A stretch of 64,000 nucleotides of DNA from positions 4,111 to 68,110 of IMG/VR virus record IMGVR_UViG_3300032245_000762; one strand, written 5' to 3'. Both the position numbers and the translations under genes were made by a program. Positions 19,387-27,273 of this stretch are shown here, piece after piece (positions within the stretch are counted from its first letter, which is position 1; the number at the start of each line of letters is the position of its first letter). Source of the DNA: a virus. Below the pieces are notes generated by a model. It did no database searches and was not told the DNA's origin. It saw only the letters and a list, made by a program, of their open reading frames with translations.

Positions 19387-20102
19387 ATTTAAACAATAAA
19401 GTAGTTCTTAGAGAAGATATTGTATTATTTGAAAACTTTTTAACTGAAGAAGAGTGTCAAAATGTTTTAAAATATTGGGAGCACTCAGTAGAAAAAGGTA
19501 GTCTTCCATGGAGTCCAATCTCTTTTTATGAATCCTATGCATCTAATTTGCCAGATGATGAAGACATGATTAAATTTGGACTCCCCAGAGATTTTTTTAC
19601 TAATTTAGAAATAAAAATTCAAGAAGCAACTGCAATTGCAAGAGGCGGAGATGTTAAGAAAGTTAGCTATCACGCACAAAAATGGATCCCAGGAGCGTTT
19701 GCTAATTTTCATTCTGACAATAGCAGTAATGGAGAATACAATGCTTTTGAAAGAAGTAAATGGGCAACATTTTTGTATTTAAATGATAATTTTACTGGAG
19801 GAGCTTTAAATTTCAAAGATCATCCAATTACCGTTCAGCCTAAAACAGGAATGCTAGCAGCATTTGCAGGGGGTCATCATAATGAGCATGAAGTTCAAAT
19901 TGTAAAGTCTGGAGACAGATATACTATAGGTTCATTCTGGGATTATGCTGAATCTGAATATAGCGATGAAAAAAAAGCGCAATGGGAAAAAGAAATTGCA
20001 GAAGTAAGGGCCGAGCAAGATGTTCAATTTAAAGAATGGGAAGTTATGAGAGAAAAAGGAATAGCGGTAGAGCCTAGAAAATATGAAGAGGAAGTCGAAT
20101 AA
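19383..20102 (+). CDS. 2OG-Fe(II) oxygenase, prolyl 4-hydroxylase-like #4
   Basis: FHSD...YLNDNFTGGALNF...QPKTG...EHEVQIVKSGDRY. Confidence 0.88.
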   Translation: MNLNNKVVLREDIVLFENFLTEEECQNVLKYWEHSVEKGSLPWSPISFYESYASNLPDDEDMIKFGLPRDFFTNLEIKIQEATAIARGGDVKKVSYHAQKWIPGAFANFHSDNSSNGEYNAFERSKWATFLYLNDNFTGGALNFKDHPITVQPKTGMLAAFAGGHHNEHEVQIVKSGDRYTIGSFWDYAESEYSDEKKAQWEKEIAEVRAEQDVQFKEWEVMREKGIAVEPRKYEEEVE

Positions 20103-20770
20103 TGAAAATTAATATATTAGAAGACAACATAATCCATTTTGAAGATATTATTGAAGATCCTAAACATTTAGTAGATTTAATTGAAAAAACAGAACTTAAT
20201 GACAAAGAAATTAATCTAGTAACTAAATGGAGAACATGGAACTCATCAGTAATTGAAGAAGATGAAGATTTAAATAAACATTCATATGGAATGCAAAAGT
20301 TTTTTAATCCTCAAGAATTAAAAAACTTTCAAGAAAACGAAGCTTTGGATGCAAAATATATTATTAAAACAATGAAAGATGCAACCAGAGTAGCTTGCTT
20401 TGAGTATAGAAAAATTAAGCAAATAAATGAAAAAATATTTATTTATCCAAATTTTAGTATTAATAAATATAAAACTGGAGCAATGATGGGTCCACATGCA
20501 GATACAAATGATGGAGATAAAACTTTAAGATTTTCTTTAGTTACATATTTAACCGATAATCATGGTGGCGGAGAATTAGAATTTCCTAATCATAATATAA
20601 AAATTAAGCCAAAAGCTGGTAGTGTAATTATGTTTCCTTCTGATCAGCCATATCTTCATATTTCTCATGAAGTAACTGATGGTTGGAAATATATGTCCCC
20701 ATCCTTTTGGTTAAATGATCCTTCAAAAGTTGGAGTTTCAATATCAGATGTAGAGGAGTATGATGTTTAG
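20102..20770 (+). CDS. 2OG-Fe(II) oxygenase, prolyl 4-hydroxylase-like #5
   Basis: PHAD...YLTDNHGGGELEF...KPKAG..FPS..LHISHEVTDGWKY. Confidence 0.85.
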   Translation: MKINILEDNIIHFEDIIEDPKHLVDLIEKTELNDKEINLVTKWRTWNSSVIEEDEDLNKHSYGMQKFFNPQELKNFQENEALDAKYIIKTMKDATRVACFEYRKIKQINEKIFIYPNFSINKYKTGAMMGPHADTNDGDKTLRFSLVTYLTDNHGGGELEFPNHNIKIKPKAGSVIMFPSDQPYLHISHEVTDGWKYMSPSFWLNDPSKVGVSISDVEEYDV

Positions 20771-21302
20771 ACCAGAGTTTCATGGTAATGATATATGTCA
20801 TTTTGCCGATTCATTATCTGAACCAAAATTATTAATAGATTATATTAATAAAACGGAAGATTTAATAGAAACTCAAGATGTAATCTCATTGTGGGAAAAC
20901 AATGTAAAAAGTGTTACAGCAGAAGGCATAGAAATAACAAATCCAAAGTCTCTTTATATTGTAAATAGCGTATATTCAGGCATGATGTTTTGCTCTAATA
21001 TGTATAAAGAAATGAAGAATATAGATAAAGAAGTTAAAATATCTAAAAATTTCAAAATTAATAGGCATACATCTTCTCAAGAATTACAATACAATGATAA
21101 TTATTCTATAGCACAAAATGTTGTTTTAGCATTTTTAAATGATGATTATCAAGGTGGAGAAATTAATTTTATAAAACAAAATATTAAAATAAAGCCACAA
21201 GCGGGTAGCGTTTTAGCATTTCCTTCTTCTGCAGAATTTCAATACATATATGAGCCTATAGTTTATGGAACAAGATATTTAATTCCAAGTTTTTGGACGT
21301 AA
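20760..21302 (+). CDS. 2OG-Fe(II) oxygenase homologue #6, metal ligands degenerate
   Basis: Keeps FLNDDYQGGEINF..KPQAG..FPS..GTRY but has QYND in place of HxD and Tyr in place of the distal His. Confidence 0.75.
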   Translation: MMFRPEFHGNDICHFADSLSEPKLLIDYINKTEDLIETQDVISLWENNVKSVTAEGIEITNPKSLYIVNSVYSGMMFCSNMYKEMKNIDKEVKISKNFKINRHTSSQELQYNDNYSIAQNVVLAFLNDDYQGGEINFIKQNIKIKPQAGSVLAFPSSAEFQYIYEPIVYGTRYLIPSFWT

Positions 21303-21306
21303 TAAA

Positions 21307-22410
21307 TTGTTTAATCAAGAACCTATGGTATTCCATGTCGTAGGGTTGCCTCATACGCAAACTACTAAAGAGTTTACTAGTTGTGCTTTTACAGCTAAAG
21401 TAATAGGTTTTTGCAAAATGATGAAATCTTTAGGTCATACAGTTTATTTATATGCTGGAGAAAAAAATACTACTGTGTGCGATGAATTAATTACATGTAT
21501 TACAGAAGAACAAAGACAAGAAAGTTTAAATGGCGGTCATTATACTACCGCTAAATTTGACTCATCTTTACCAAGTTGGCAAACCTTTAACAATAATGCT
21601 ATTAAAGAAATTAAAAAAAGAATATCTAAAAAAGATTTTATTTGTTTTATAGGAGGAGTTTGTCACAAGCCAATAGCCGATCAATTCCCATCACACATAT
21701 CTGTAGAATTTGGAATAGGTTATGGGGCAACTTTTGCAAAATATAGAGTATGGGAATCTTATGCATGGATGCATTCGCAATATGCTTCATACAATGATCC
21801 AACTGCAGTTAACGGAATGTTTTTTGATGAAGTTATACCAGGATATATTGACGAAAATGACTTTACTTTTCAAAATACAAAATCAGATTATTATTTATAT
21901 TTAGGAAGATTAATTGATAGAAAAGGTTATAATATAGCAGTAGAAGTCTGTAAAAAATTAAATAAAAGATTGATTATTGCTGGTCCAGGAAATCCTCCAG
22001 AATACGGAGAATATGTTGGTATTGTGGGAGTAGAAGAAAGATCAAAATTAATGAGCAAAGCAATTGCTTTATTTGCACCAACATTATACCTAGAGCCATT
22101 TGGAAACATAGTTCCAGAAGCTCATTTTTGTGGAACACCAACAATTACTACAGATTGGGGAGCATTTACAGAAACAAATACTAATGGCGTGACTGGTTAT
22201 AGATGTAGAAGTTTTCAGGAATTTTGTGATGCAACAGAATTAGTTAAATCATTAGATCCTACGTTAATTAGAAATCGTGCAATAAATAACTATTCATTAA
22301 ATGCTACGTCTCCAAAATATGACAAATATTTTAGAAGACTTTTGACACTATGGGAAGATGGATGGTATACATTAAATAACCCTTATAAAATTGAAAGTGG
22401 TATAATTTAA
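21307..22410 (+). CDS. glycosyltransferase, GT4
   Basis: [18 protein letters not shown] and [27 protein letters not shown] (Ex7E). Start is TTG 21307 or ATG 21325. Confidence 0.88.
   Translation: MFNQEPMVFHVVGLPHTQTTKEFTSCAFTAKVIGFCKMMKSLGHTVYLYAGEKNTTVCDELITCITEEQRQESLNGGHYTTAKFDSSLPSWQTFNNNAIKEIKKRISKKDFICFIGGVCHKPIADQFPSHISVEFGIGYGATFAKYRVWESYAWMHSQYASYNDPTAVNGMFFDEVIPGYIDENDFTFQNTKSDYYLYLGRLIDRKGYNIAVEVCKKLNKRLIIAGPGNPPEYGEYVGIVGVEERSKLMSKAIALFAPTLYLEPFGNIVPEAHFCGTPTITTDWGAFTETNTNGVTGYRCRSFQEFCDATELVKSLDPTLIRNRAINNYSLNATSPKYDKYFRRLLTLWEDGWYTLNNPYKIESGII
22398..22406 (+). promoter_or_regulatory. extended -10 leaderless promoter for the collagen gene
   Basis: TGGTATAAT, with ATG 22413 six nt downstream. 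Confidence 0.6.
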
Positions 22411-22412
22411 AA

Positions 22413-23546
22413 ATGAGTAACTTTACCGCTAAAAATTTTAGATATCCAACTCTTGATATGTCACCAGATATTCCAAGAGATATGAGTTTATTGGCTCAAG
22501 ATATAGATGATTATTTAACGGCAAATCCTGGCCCATCAGGTCCAACTGGCCCATCAGGTCCAACTGGTTTAACTGGAAATCCTGGGGTAGATGGTGTTAC
22601 AGGTGCAACTGGACCAACAGGGCCAACTGGTCCAACAGGACCACAAGGTGCAACTGGCGCAACTGGAGCTAAAGGAGATACTGGAGATACTGGAGTAACA
22701 GGTCCAACTGGAGCTAAAGGAGATACTGGAGCAACAGGTCCTTCTGGACCATCAGGACCAACTGGTGCAACAGGTCCATCAGGACCAACTGGTGCATTAG
22801 GGCAAACTGGATTGCAAGGAAATGAAGGGCCAACAGGAGCAACTGGTCCATCAGGCCCATCTGGTCCATCTGGTGCAACTGGTCCAACAGGACCACAAGG
22901 TGCAACTGGTGCAACTGGTCCAACGGGTCCACAAGGACCAACGGGACCACAAGGAACTTCAATAACATTTAAAGGAACAGTTGCAACTACTTCCAATTTA
23001 CCTGTTTCTGGAAATTCAATAAATGATGCATATGTAGTTAGTGCAGATGGAAACTTATATGTTTGGGGTGGATCAGCTCCATGGAATAATATTGGTTCAA
23101 TTGTTGGACCATCTGGTGCAAGCGGATCACAAGGACCAACTGGTCCATCAGGACCAAGTGGAGCACAAGGAATTCAAGGATCTACAGGTCCATCAGGACC
23201 ATCTGGGCCATCAGGTCCATCTGGTCCAGCAGGAATAGATTCAACTGGATTATATGTAATAAATCCACAATCAACTAGCTATACATTATCATCTTTAGAT
23301 TTTAATGAATTAATAGAAATGTCTAATGGTGGAGTCGTTACAGTTCCTGCAGATTCAATAGTATTTGCAATAGGATCTACTGTAGATATTTTACAAACTG
23401 GATCATCACAAGTTAGTGTTACTGGAGCATCTGGAGTTACTGTAAATGGGTCACCAGGATTAAAATTAAGATCTCAATGGTCATCTGGAACATTAATTAA
23501 GCGTGGCGCAAATACTTGGGTTTTAATTGGAGACTTGAGCTCATAG
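22413..23546 (+). CDS. collagen-like fibre protein with a C-terminal cap domain shared with 12093..14783
   Basis: Two Gly-X-Y blocks ([12 protein letters not shown]) separated by a DAY..DG.LYVW domain; C-terminal [42 protein letters not shown]. Confidence 0.9.
   Translation: MSNFTAKNFRYPTLDMSPDIPRDMSLLAQDIDDYLTANPGPSGPTGPSGPTGLTGNPGVDGVTGATGPTGPTGPTGPQGATGATGAKGDTGDTGVTGPTGAKGDTGATGPSGPSGPTGATGPSGPTGALGQTGLQGNEGPTGATGPSGPSGPSGATGPTGPQGATGATGPTGPQGPTGPQGTSITFKGTVATTSNLPVSGNSINDAYVVSADGNLYVWGGSAPWNNIGSIVGPSGASGSQGPTGPSGPSGAQGIQGSTGPSGPSGPSGPSGPAGIDSTGLYVINPQSTSYTLSSLDFNELIEMSNGGVVTVPADSIVFAIGSTVDILQTGSSQVSVTGASGVTVNGSPGLKLRSQWSSGTLIKRGANTWVLIGDLSS
22531..23235 (+). repeat. Gly-X-Y collagen coding repeats (9-nt period) in two blocks, ~22531-22955 and ~23107-23235
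   Basis: GGNCCAACN / GGNCCATCN / GGNGCAACN units. Confidence 0.9.
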
Positions 23547-23547
23547 A

Positions 23548-24060
23548 ATGGTAAAAATACTTGGGAGTAGAAGTGGCAATAGAAAAGTTACTGTTCCTGA
23601 TTTAAATAATTTATTAAGATCAGAGGCAATTAATTTGCTTACTACTAAAAAATTAAAATATACAGAAGCATCAAGTTCAACAAGTAACTCAGAATTATCT
23701 GATAAAGTTTATCAACAGAATATTGCCGCAGAAACATTAGTTATTGCTGGAACAACAATTTCTTTTGAATATTATACATATACTGCTCCACCGTTCTTTC
23801 CACCTTACTTCCCACCTTACTTCCCACCGTTTTTCCCACCGTTCTTCCCACCTTACTTTCCACCGTTCTTCCCACCTTACTTTCCACCTTATTTCCCACC
23901 GTTTTTTCCACCTTACTTTCCACCGTTTTTTCCACCTTACTTCCCACCTTATTTTCCACCGTTTTTTCCACCTTACTTCCCACCGTTTTTCCCACCGTTC
24001 TTCCCACCTTACTTTCCACCGTTTTTTCCACCATTTTTCCCACCGTTTTTTACTAGGTAA
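23548..24060 (+). CDS. PASTA-like domain protein with a C-terminal (PPFF/PPYF)22 tail
   Basis: VTVPDLNNL..SEA..LL...L.Y.......DKVYQQ..AA.T.V.AGTTISF fits a PASTA pattern; 22 PP[FY]F units, then TR and stop. Confidence 0.8.
   Translation: MVKILGSRSGNRKVTVPDLNNLLRSEAINLLTTKKLKYTEASSSTSNSELSDKVYQQNIAAETLVIAGTTISFEYYTYTAPPFFPPYFPPYFPPFFPPFFPPYFPPFFPPYFPPYFPPFFPPYFPPFFPPYFPPYFPPFFPPYFPPFFPPFFPPYFPPFFPPFFPPFFTR
23788..24051 (+). repeat. 12-nt coding minisatellite, 22 units encoding PP[FY]F
   Basis: 264 nt of in-frame units read directly from the sequence. Confidence 0.95.
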
Positions 24061-24083
24061 TACTTTAAAAATAAAGGATATTT

Positions 24084-25931
24084 ATGTCATATAAATTAAA
24101 TGTAGTTAAAGATAACCCGCTAGCCTTTTGGTTATTAGATGATTTATCTATTAGACCACTCCTTGATTATCAAGGAATTTTAAATGAATTTAATACATAT
24201 TTAGAATTAAAACAAGCGTATACAACCTATGGAAATATTAATTATATTACTCATGATGTTGTAGGTTTTAATGATGGAAATTATGATGGCGATTTTGAAT
24301 ATGAACCACATACATTTCCATTAGTTTCTGGTGGGATATATCCAGTTAACATTTATGAAAATAGAAAATTTTATTTTGATAGATTAAAATCATTTGATGG
24401 CATAGAATTAGATGCATGTTTTGGAACAATATATAATCAATTTTCACCATTTACAATTGAAGGATGGGTTTTACCTAATATATTAAGTGAAGAAATTACA
24501 ACAATTTTTGCAGATCCAATAAACTCAGTAGGAATATTTTGGCAAAAAAATAAAATAATTTTTAAATTATCTTTAAATTCAATTAGTTATTATTTACCAT
24601 ATTCAGATAAATCTAATTACATAGTTTGTTCTTTTGATGGGAAAAAAGCAAAAATTTATATTGATGCTAAACTAGTAATTGAAAAAGAAATTCCTATAAA
24701 TACTTTTGATAATAATGATCTTATTTTACAATGTGGACCAGTAAATAATGAAATTGATTCATTTATTGTAGACAATTTTGCAATATATACATATGCTTTA
24801 TCTCAATTACAAATAACTAATCATTTTGAAGACTATGGATATAAAATACCTATACAGGTTGTTTCGCCAGACAACGGAGAGCTTTTTGAATTTTATGATA
24901 ATAAAATAAATACAGTTTTTGAATATAGTTATCCTTATAATAAAAGCTGGGAAAGCTTTTTAACAGAAGATATTTATTATAATAGAATAGAAAACTACAT
25001 ATCTTTAAATCAAACATCTGATTTACAAACTAAAGAGGTTATTATAGAGGACTCTATTGTTTTGCCATCTGGAACAAATATGGACTCTTCTAAAATTGAA
25101 TGGTATGGAATTAATGGAATTTCTATTCAATCTAGTATTGATGGAATTAATTATTTAAATTGTGAAAATGGACAATCAATACCTCAGTATAAAATTGATG
25201 ATTTTAGTGAAGACAGAGTGTTGTATTTAAAAATTATTATTAATTCTGAAGATACATCTCAAGACTTACCAATATTAAGCAACTTATCTGTTTCGTTTTT
25301 TAATAATAAAATTTTATATTCTAAAAATGGCTCCAGCTATTTGTCTAAAATAGAAAATTTAGATTGGTTTTTAGGAAAAGAAAATTTGCCAATATTGTCT
25401 CACGATAAAAAAAATGGTTTATTAGTTCCAGAAAATTCTGGATTTAAAATAAATACAGAATATTTAACAAGCTCTATTGAATTTTTTTATACTGGCAATA
25501 TTACAACGTCAGGAAAGTTAATTTTTACTGAAGAAGATGGGGACGGGTATGCTTCTAATTATAGCTGGGATGCTAGTGGAACAATCAGTAAAAATAATAT
25601 ACAATCAATTTATGTTAATGGAGTAGATCATACATCTGCTACAAACATATCTGATTTAATTCCAAATAATTTAACTAAACATATTGTCATAGTTTTTACT
25701 AATCCAGTTTATGGTAGTTTAATTTTTAATTACAATAGTTTAGGAAATGATTCAGGACTATACCAATATTTGTCTTTATATAGAATAAAGTTTGATTATA
25801 ATAAAATCAAAAATCATTATGATTTATATATTGGTAATTATGAAAATATAATTCATGATTCAAGAATTTCAATTTCAGAAAATTCAATATCGCACTACAA
25901 TAATGACTGGATAGTTATTCAAAATGTTTAA
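24084..25931 (+). CDS. LamG/concanavalin A-like lectin-domain structural protein
   Basis: MSY...KDNPLAFW.LD, FTIEGWV, YIVCSFDG..AKIYIDAKL and VDNFAIY.YALS..QI..HF. Confidence 0.75.
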   Translation: MSYKLNVVKDNPLAFWLLDDLSIRPLLDYQGILNEFNTYLELKQAYTTYGNINYITHDVVGFNDGNYDGDFEYEPHTFPLVSGGIYPVNIYENRKFYFDRLKSFDGIELDACFGTIYNQFSPFTIEGWVLPNILSEEITTIFADPINSVGIFWQKNKIIFKLSLNSISYYLPYSDKSNYIVCSFDGKKAKIYIDAKLVIEKEIPINTFDNNDLILQCGPVNNEIDSFIVDNFAIYTYALSQLQITNHFEDYGYKIPIQVVSPDNGELFEFYDNKINTVFEYSYPYNKSWESFLTEDIYYNRIENYISLNQTSDLQTKEVIIEDSIVLPSGTNMDSSKIEWYGINGISIQSSIDGINYLNCENGQSIPQYKIDDFSEDRVLYLKIIINSEDTSQDLPILSNLSVSFFNNKILYSKNGSSYLSKIENLDWFLGKENLPILSHDKKNGLLVPENSGFKINTEYLTSSIEFFYTGNITTSGKLIFTEEDGDGYASNYSWDASGTISKNNIQSIYVNGVDHTSATNISDLIPNNLTKHIVIVFTNPVYGSLIFNYNSLGNDSGLYQYLSLYRIKFDYNKIKNHYDLYIGNYENIIHDSRISISENSISHYNNDWIVIQNV

Positions 25932-26892
25932 TGAAAAAACTATATATATAGGCATGCCTTCATACAACGAACCATATCTAGAAATGACAATAAAAGAATG
26001 TTTTGAAAAAGCAGAGTTTCCAGATAGAATACACATGGGAGTTTGGTCACATAATAGCGATGGGAAAGATGCTCATTTTTTAAAAGAATATAAAAACGTT
26101 AACTATGCTCAGCTTTACTATCCCATAGGATTTGGAACTGGATCAGCCAGACTTAATGCTTTAAATTTTTATAATGAAGAGGATTTTTATTTACAAATTG
26201 ATCCACACATGATATTTGCAGAAAATTGGGATACTAGATTAATAGAATTATTTTATGAATTAAAAGAAAAATATGAAAAACCAGTCATATCTACTTTTGT
26301 GCCATACTGGTATATGTCTAAAGGAGAAATTAAATATGGCGGTGGAGATGAATGCACTAAAATATACTGGATGACAGATATTCTTAAAACACAATGTCCT
26401 ACATTTGGCGGAGGCCCTAAAACCTGGGAAGACGGAGAAACCTATCAAGAACACTATTTAACCAGTGGACATTTTATGTTTACAGAAAAAGAGTTTTTAA
26501 ATGATTTTTTGCCAGACGTAAATATATTATTTGAAGGAGAAGAGCCATGCCTATCAATTAGAGCCTGGACTAGGGGATATAGATTCTTTACTCCAAGAGA
26601 GATATTAATGTGGCATTTTGATAGATACCATGAAGACTCTGACGACTTATATGAATTTGATAGAGTTAAAGGTCCTCAAGCGTGGGTCCCACAATGGATG
26701 ATAGATCATGATGATTATAGATATGATAAAGCAATGAAAAGAGTAAGGAAAATTTTAACTGGAGAGTATATAGGACACTGGGGTGCTCCCAGCAGAGAGC
26801 TTTTGTCCAAATATGAGACAGAAGCAGGGGTAGATTTTAAAAAATTCTACCAAGAACGTGACGAATTTTTAAAAAATAATACATTGTCCTGA
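25924..26892 (+). CDS. GT-A glycosyltransferase, GT60/Skp1-hydroxyproline GlcNAc-transferase-like
   Basis: TIYIGMPSYNEP.L..TI...FEKA.FPDRI.MGV, G.G.AR....FYNEEDFYLQIDPHM.F..NWD, SGHFMF, F.GEE..LSIRAWTRGY.FF.P...WH: the pattern I associate with the Pfam GlcNAc (Gnt1-like) family. Confidence 0.75.
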   Translation: MFNEKTIYIGMPSYNEPYLEMTIKECFEKAEFPDRIHMGVWSHNSDGKDAHFLKEYKNVNYAQLYYPIGFGTGSARLNALNFYNEEDFYLQIDPHMIFAENWDTRLIELFYELKEKYEKPVISTFVPYWYMSKGEIKYGGGDECTKIYWMTDILKTQCPTFGGGPKTWEDGETYQEHYLTSGHFMFTEKEFLNDFLPDVNILFEGEEPCLSIRAWTRGYRFFTPREILMWHFDRYHEDSDDLYEFDRVKGPQAWVPQWMIDHDDYRYDKAMKRVRKILTGEYIGHWGAPSRELLSKYETEAGVDFKKFYQERDEFLKNNTLS

Positions 26893-26899
26893 CAAGATA

Positions 26900-26928
26900 T
26901 GGACTTTAACCCAAAAGAATGGTAAAAT
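26900..26928 (+). promoter_or_regulatory. promoter of the portal operon
   Basis: TGGACT-N17-TAAAAT with TGn; ATG 9 nt downstream, no SD. Confidence 0.5.
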
Positions 26929-26937
26929 TAACACATA

Positions 26938-27273
26938 ATGGAAATCAAAAGAATTAATCAGCAAACAGTAGAAGAAACTACATTGGGTATATACGTCTGG
27001 GAAATGCCAGATGGACGATGGATTGGTGATGATGATGGTAATTTTTTATCTATCACTTCTATTAAAGGCAATAAAGTAAAAATGGATTTATTGGCTGACG
27101 CAGTAAGATCTTATGGAATTTATGAAGGACAACCTACATTTTTATCTGGCCGCCGCAAAATTGATTCTGAAGAATTTGAGCATCAAAAACAAAGATTAGA
27201 ATGGGGCCTAACTCCAGATCCTTTAGATATTGGAGTCTATAAAGATTCTTTAAAAATGGGTGGTAATGCATAA
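26938..27273 (+). CDS. conserved hypothetical protein upstream of portal
   Basis: 111-aa ORF whose stop overlaps the portal ATG (TAATG). Confidence 0.7.
   Translation: MEIKRINQQTVEETTLGIYVWEMPDGRWIGDDDGNFLSITSIKGNKVKMDLLADAVRSYGIYEGQPTFLSGRRKIDSEEFEHQKQRLEWGLTPDPLDIGVYKDSLKMGGNA

Noticed and set aside
15765-21302. Oxygenases as TET/JBP or AlkB DNA-modifying enzymes
   Set aside because: Motifs match the P4H-like Y.ND.Y.GG type, and neighbours are virion and glycosylation genes rather than methylase or nucleotide-kinase genes. Not formally excluded.
22511-22996. Antisense Gly-Pro-Val collagen-like ORF
   Set aside because: Mirror image of GGNCCN codons in the real collagen gene.
12093-24060. 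Diversity-generating retroelement (Mtd-N-like domain, two similar repeats with A/T differences)
   Set aside because: No reverse transcriptase or Avd in the window, both arrays are coding, and differences are not adenine-specific.
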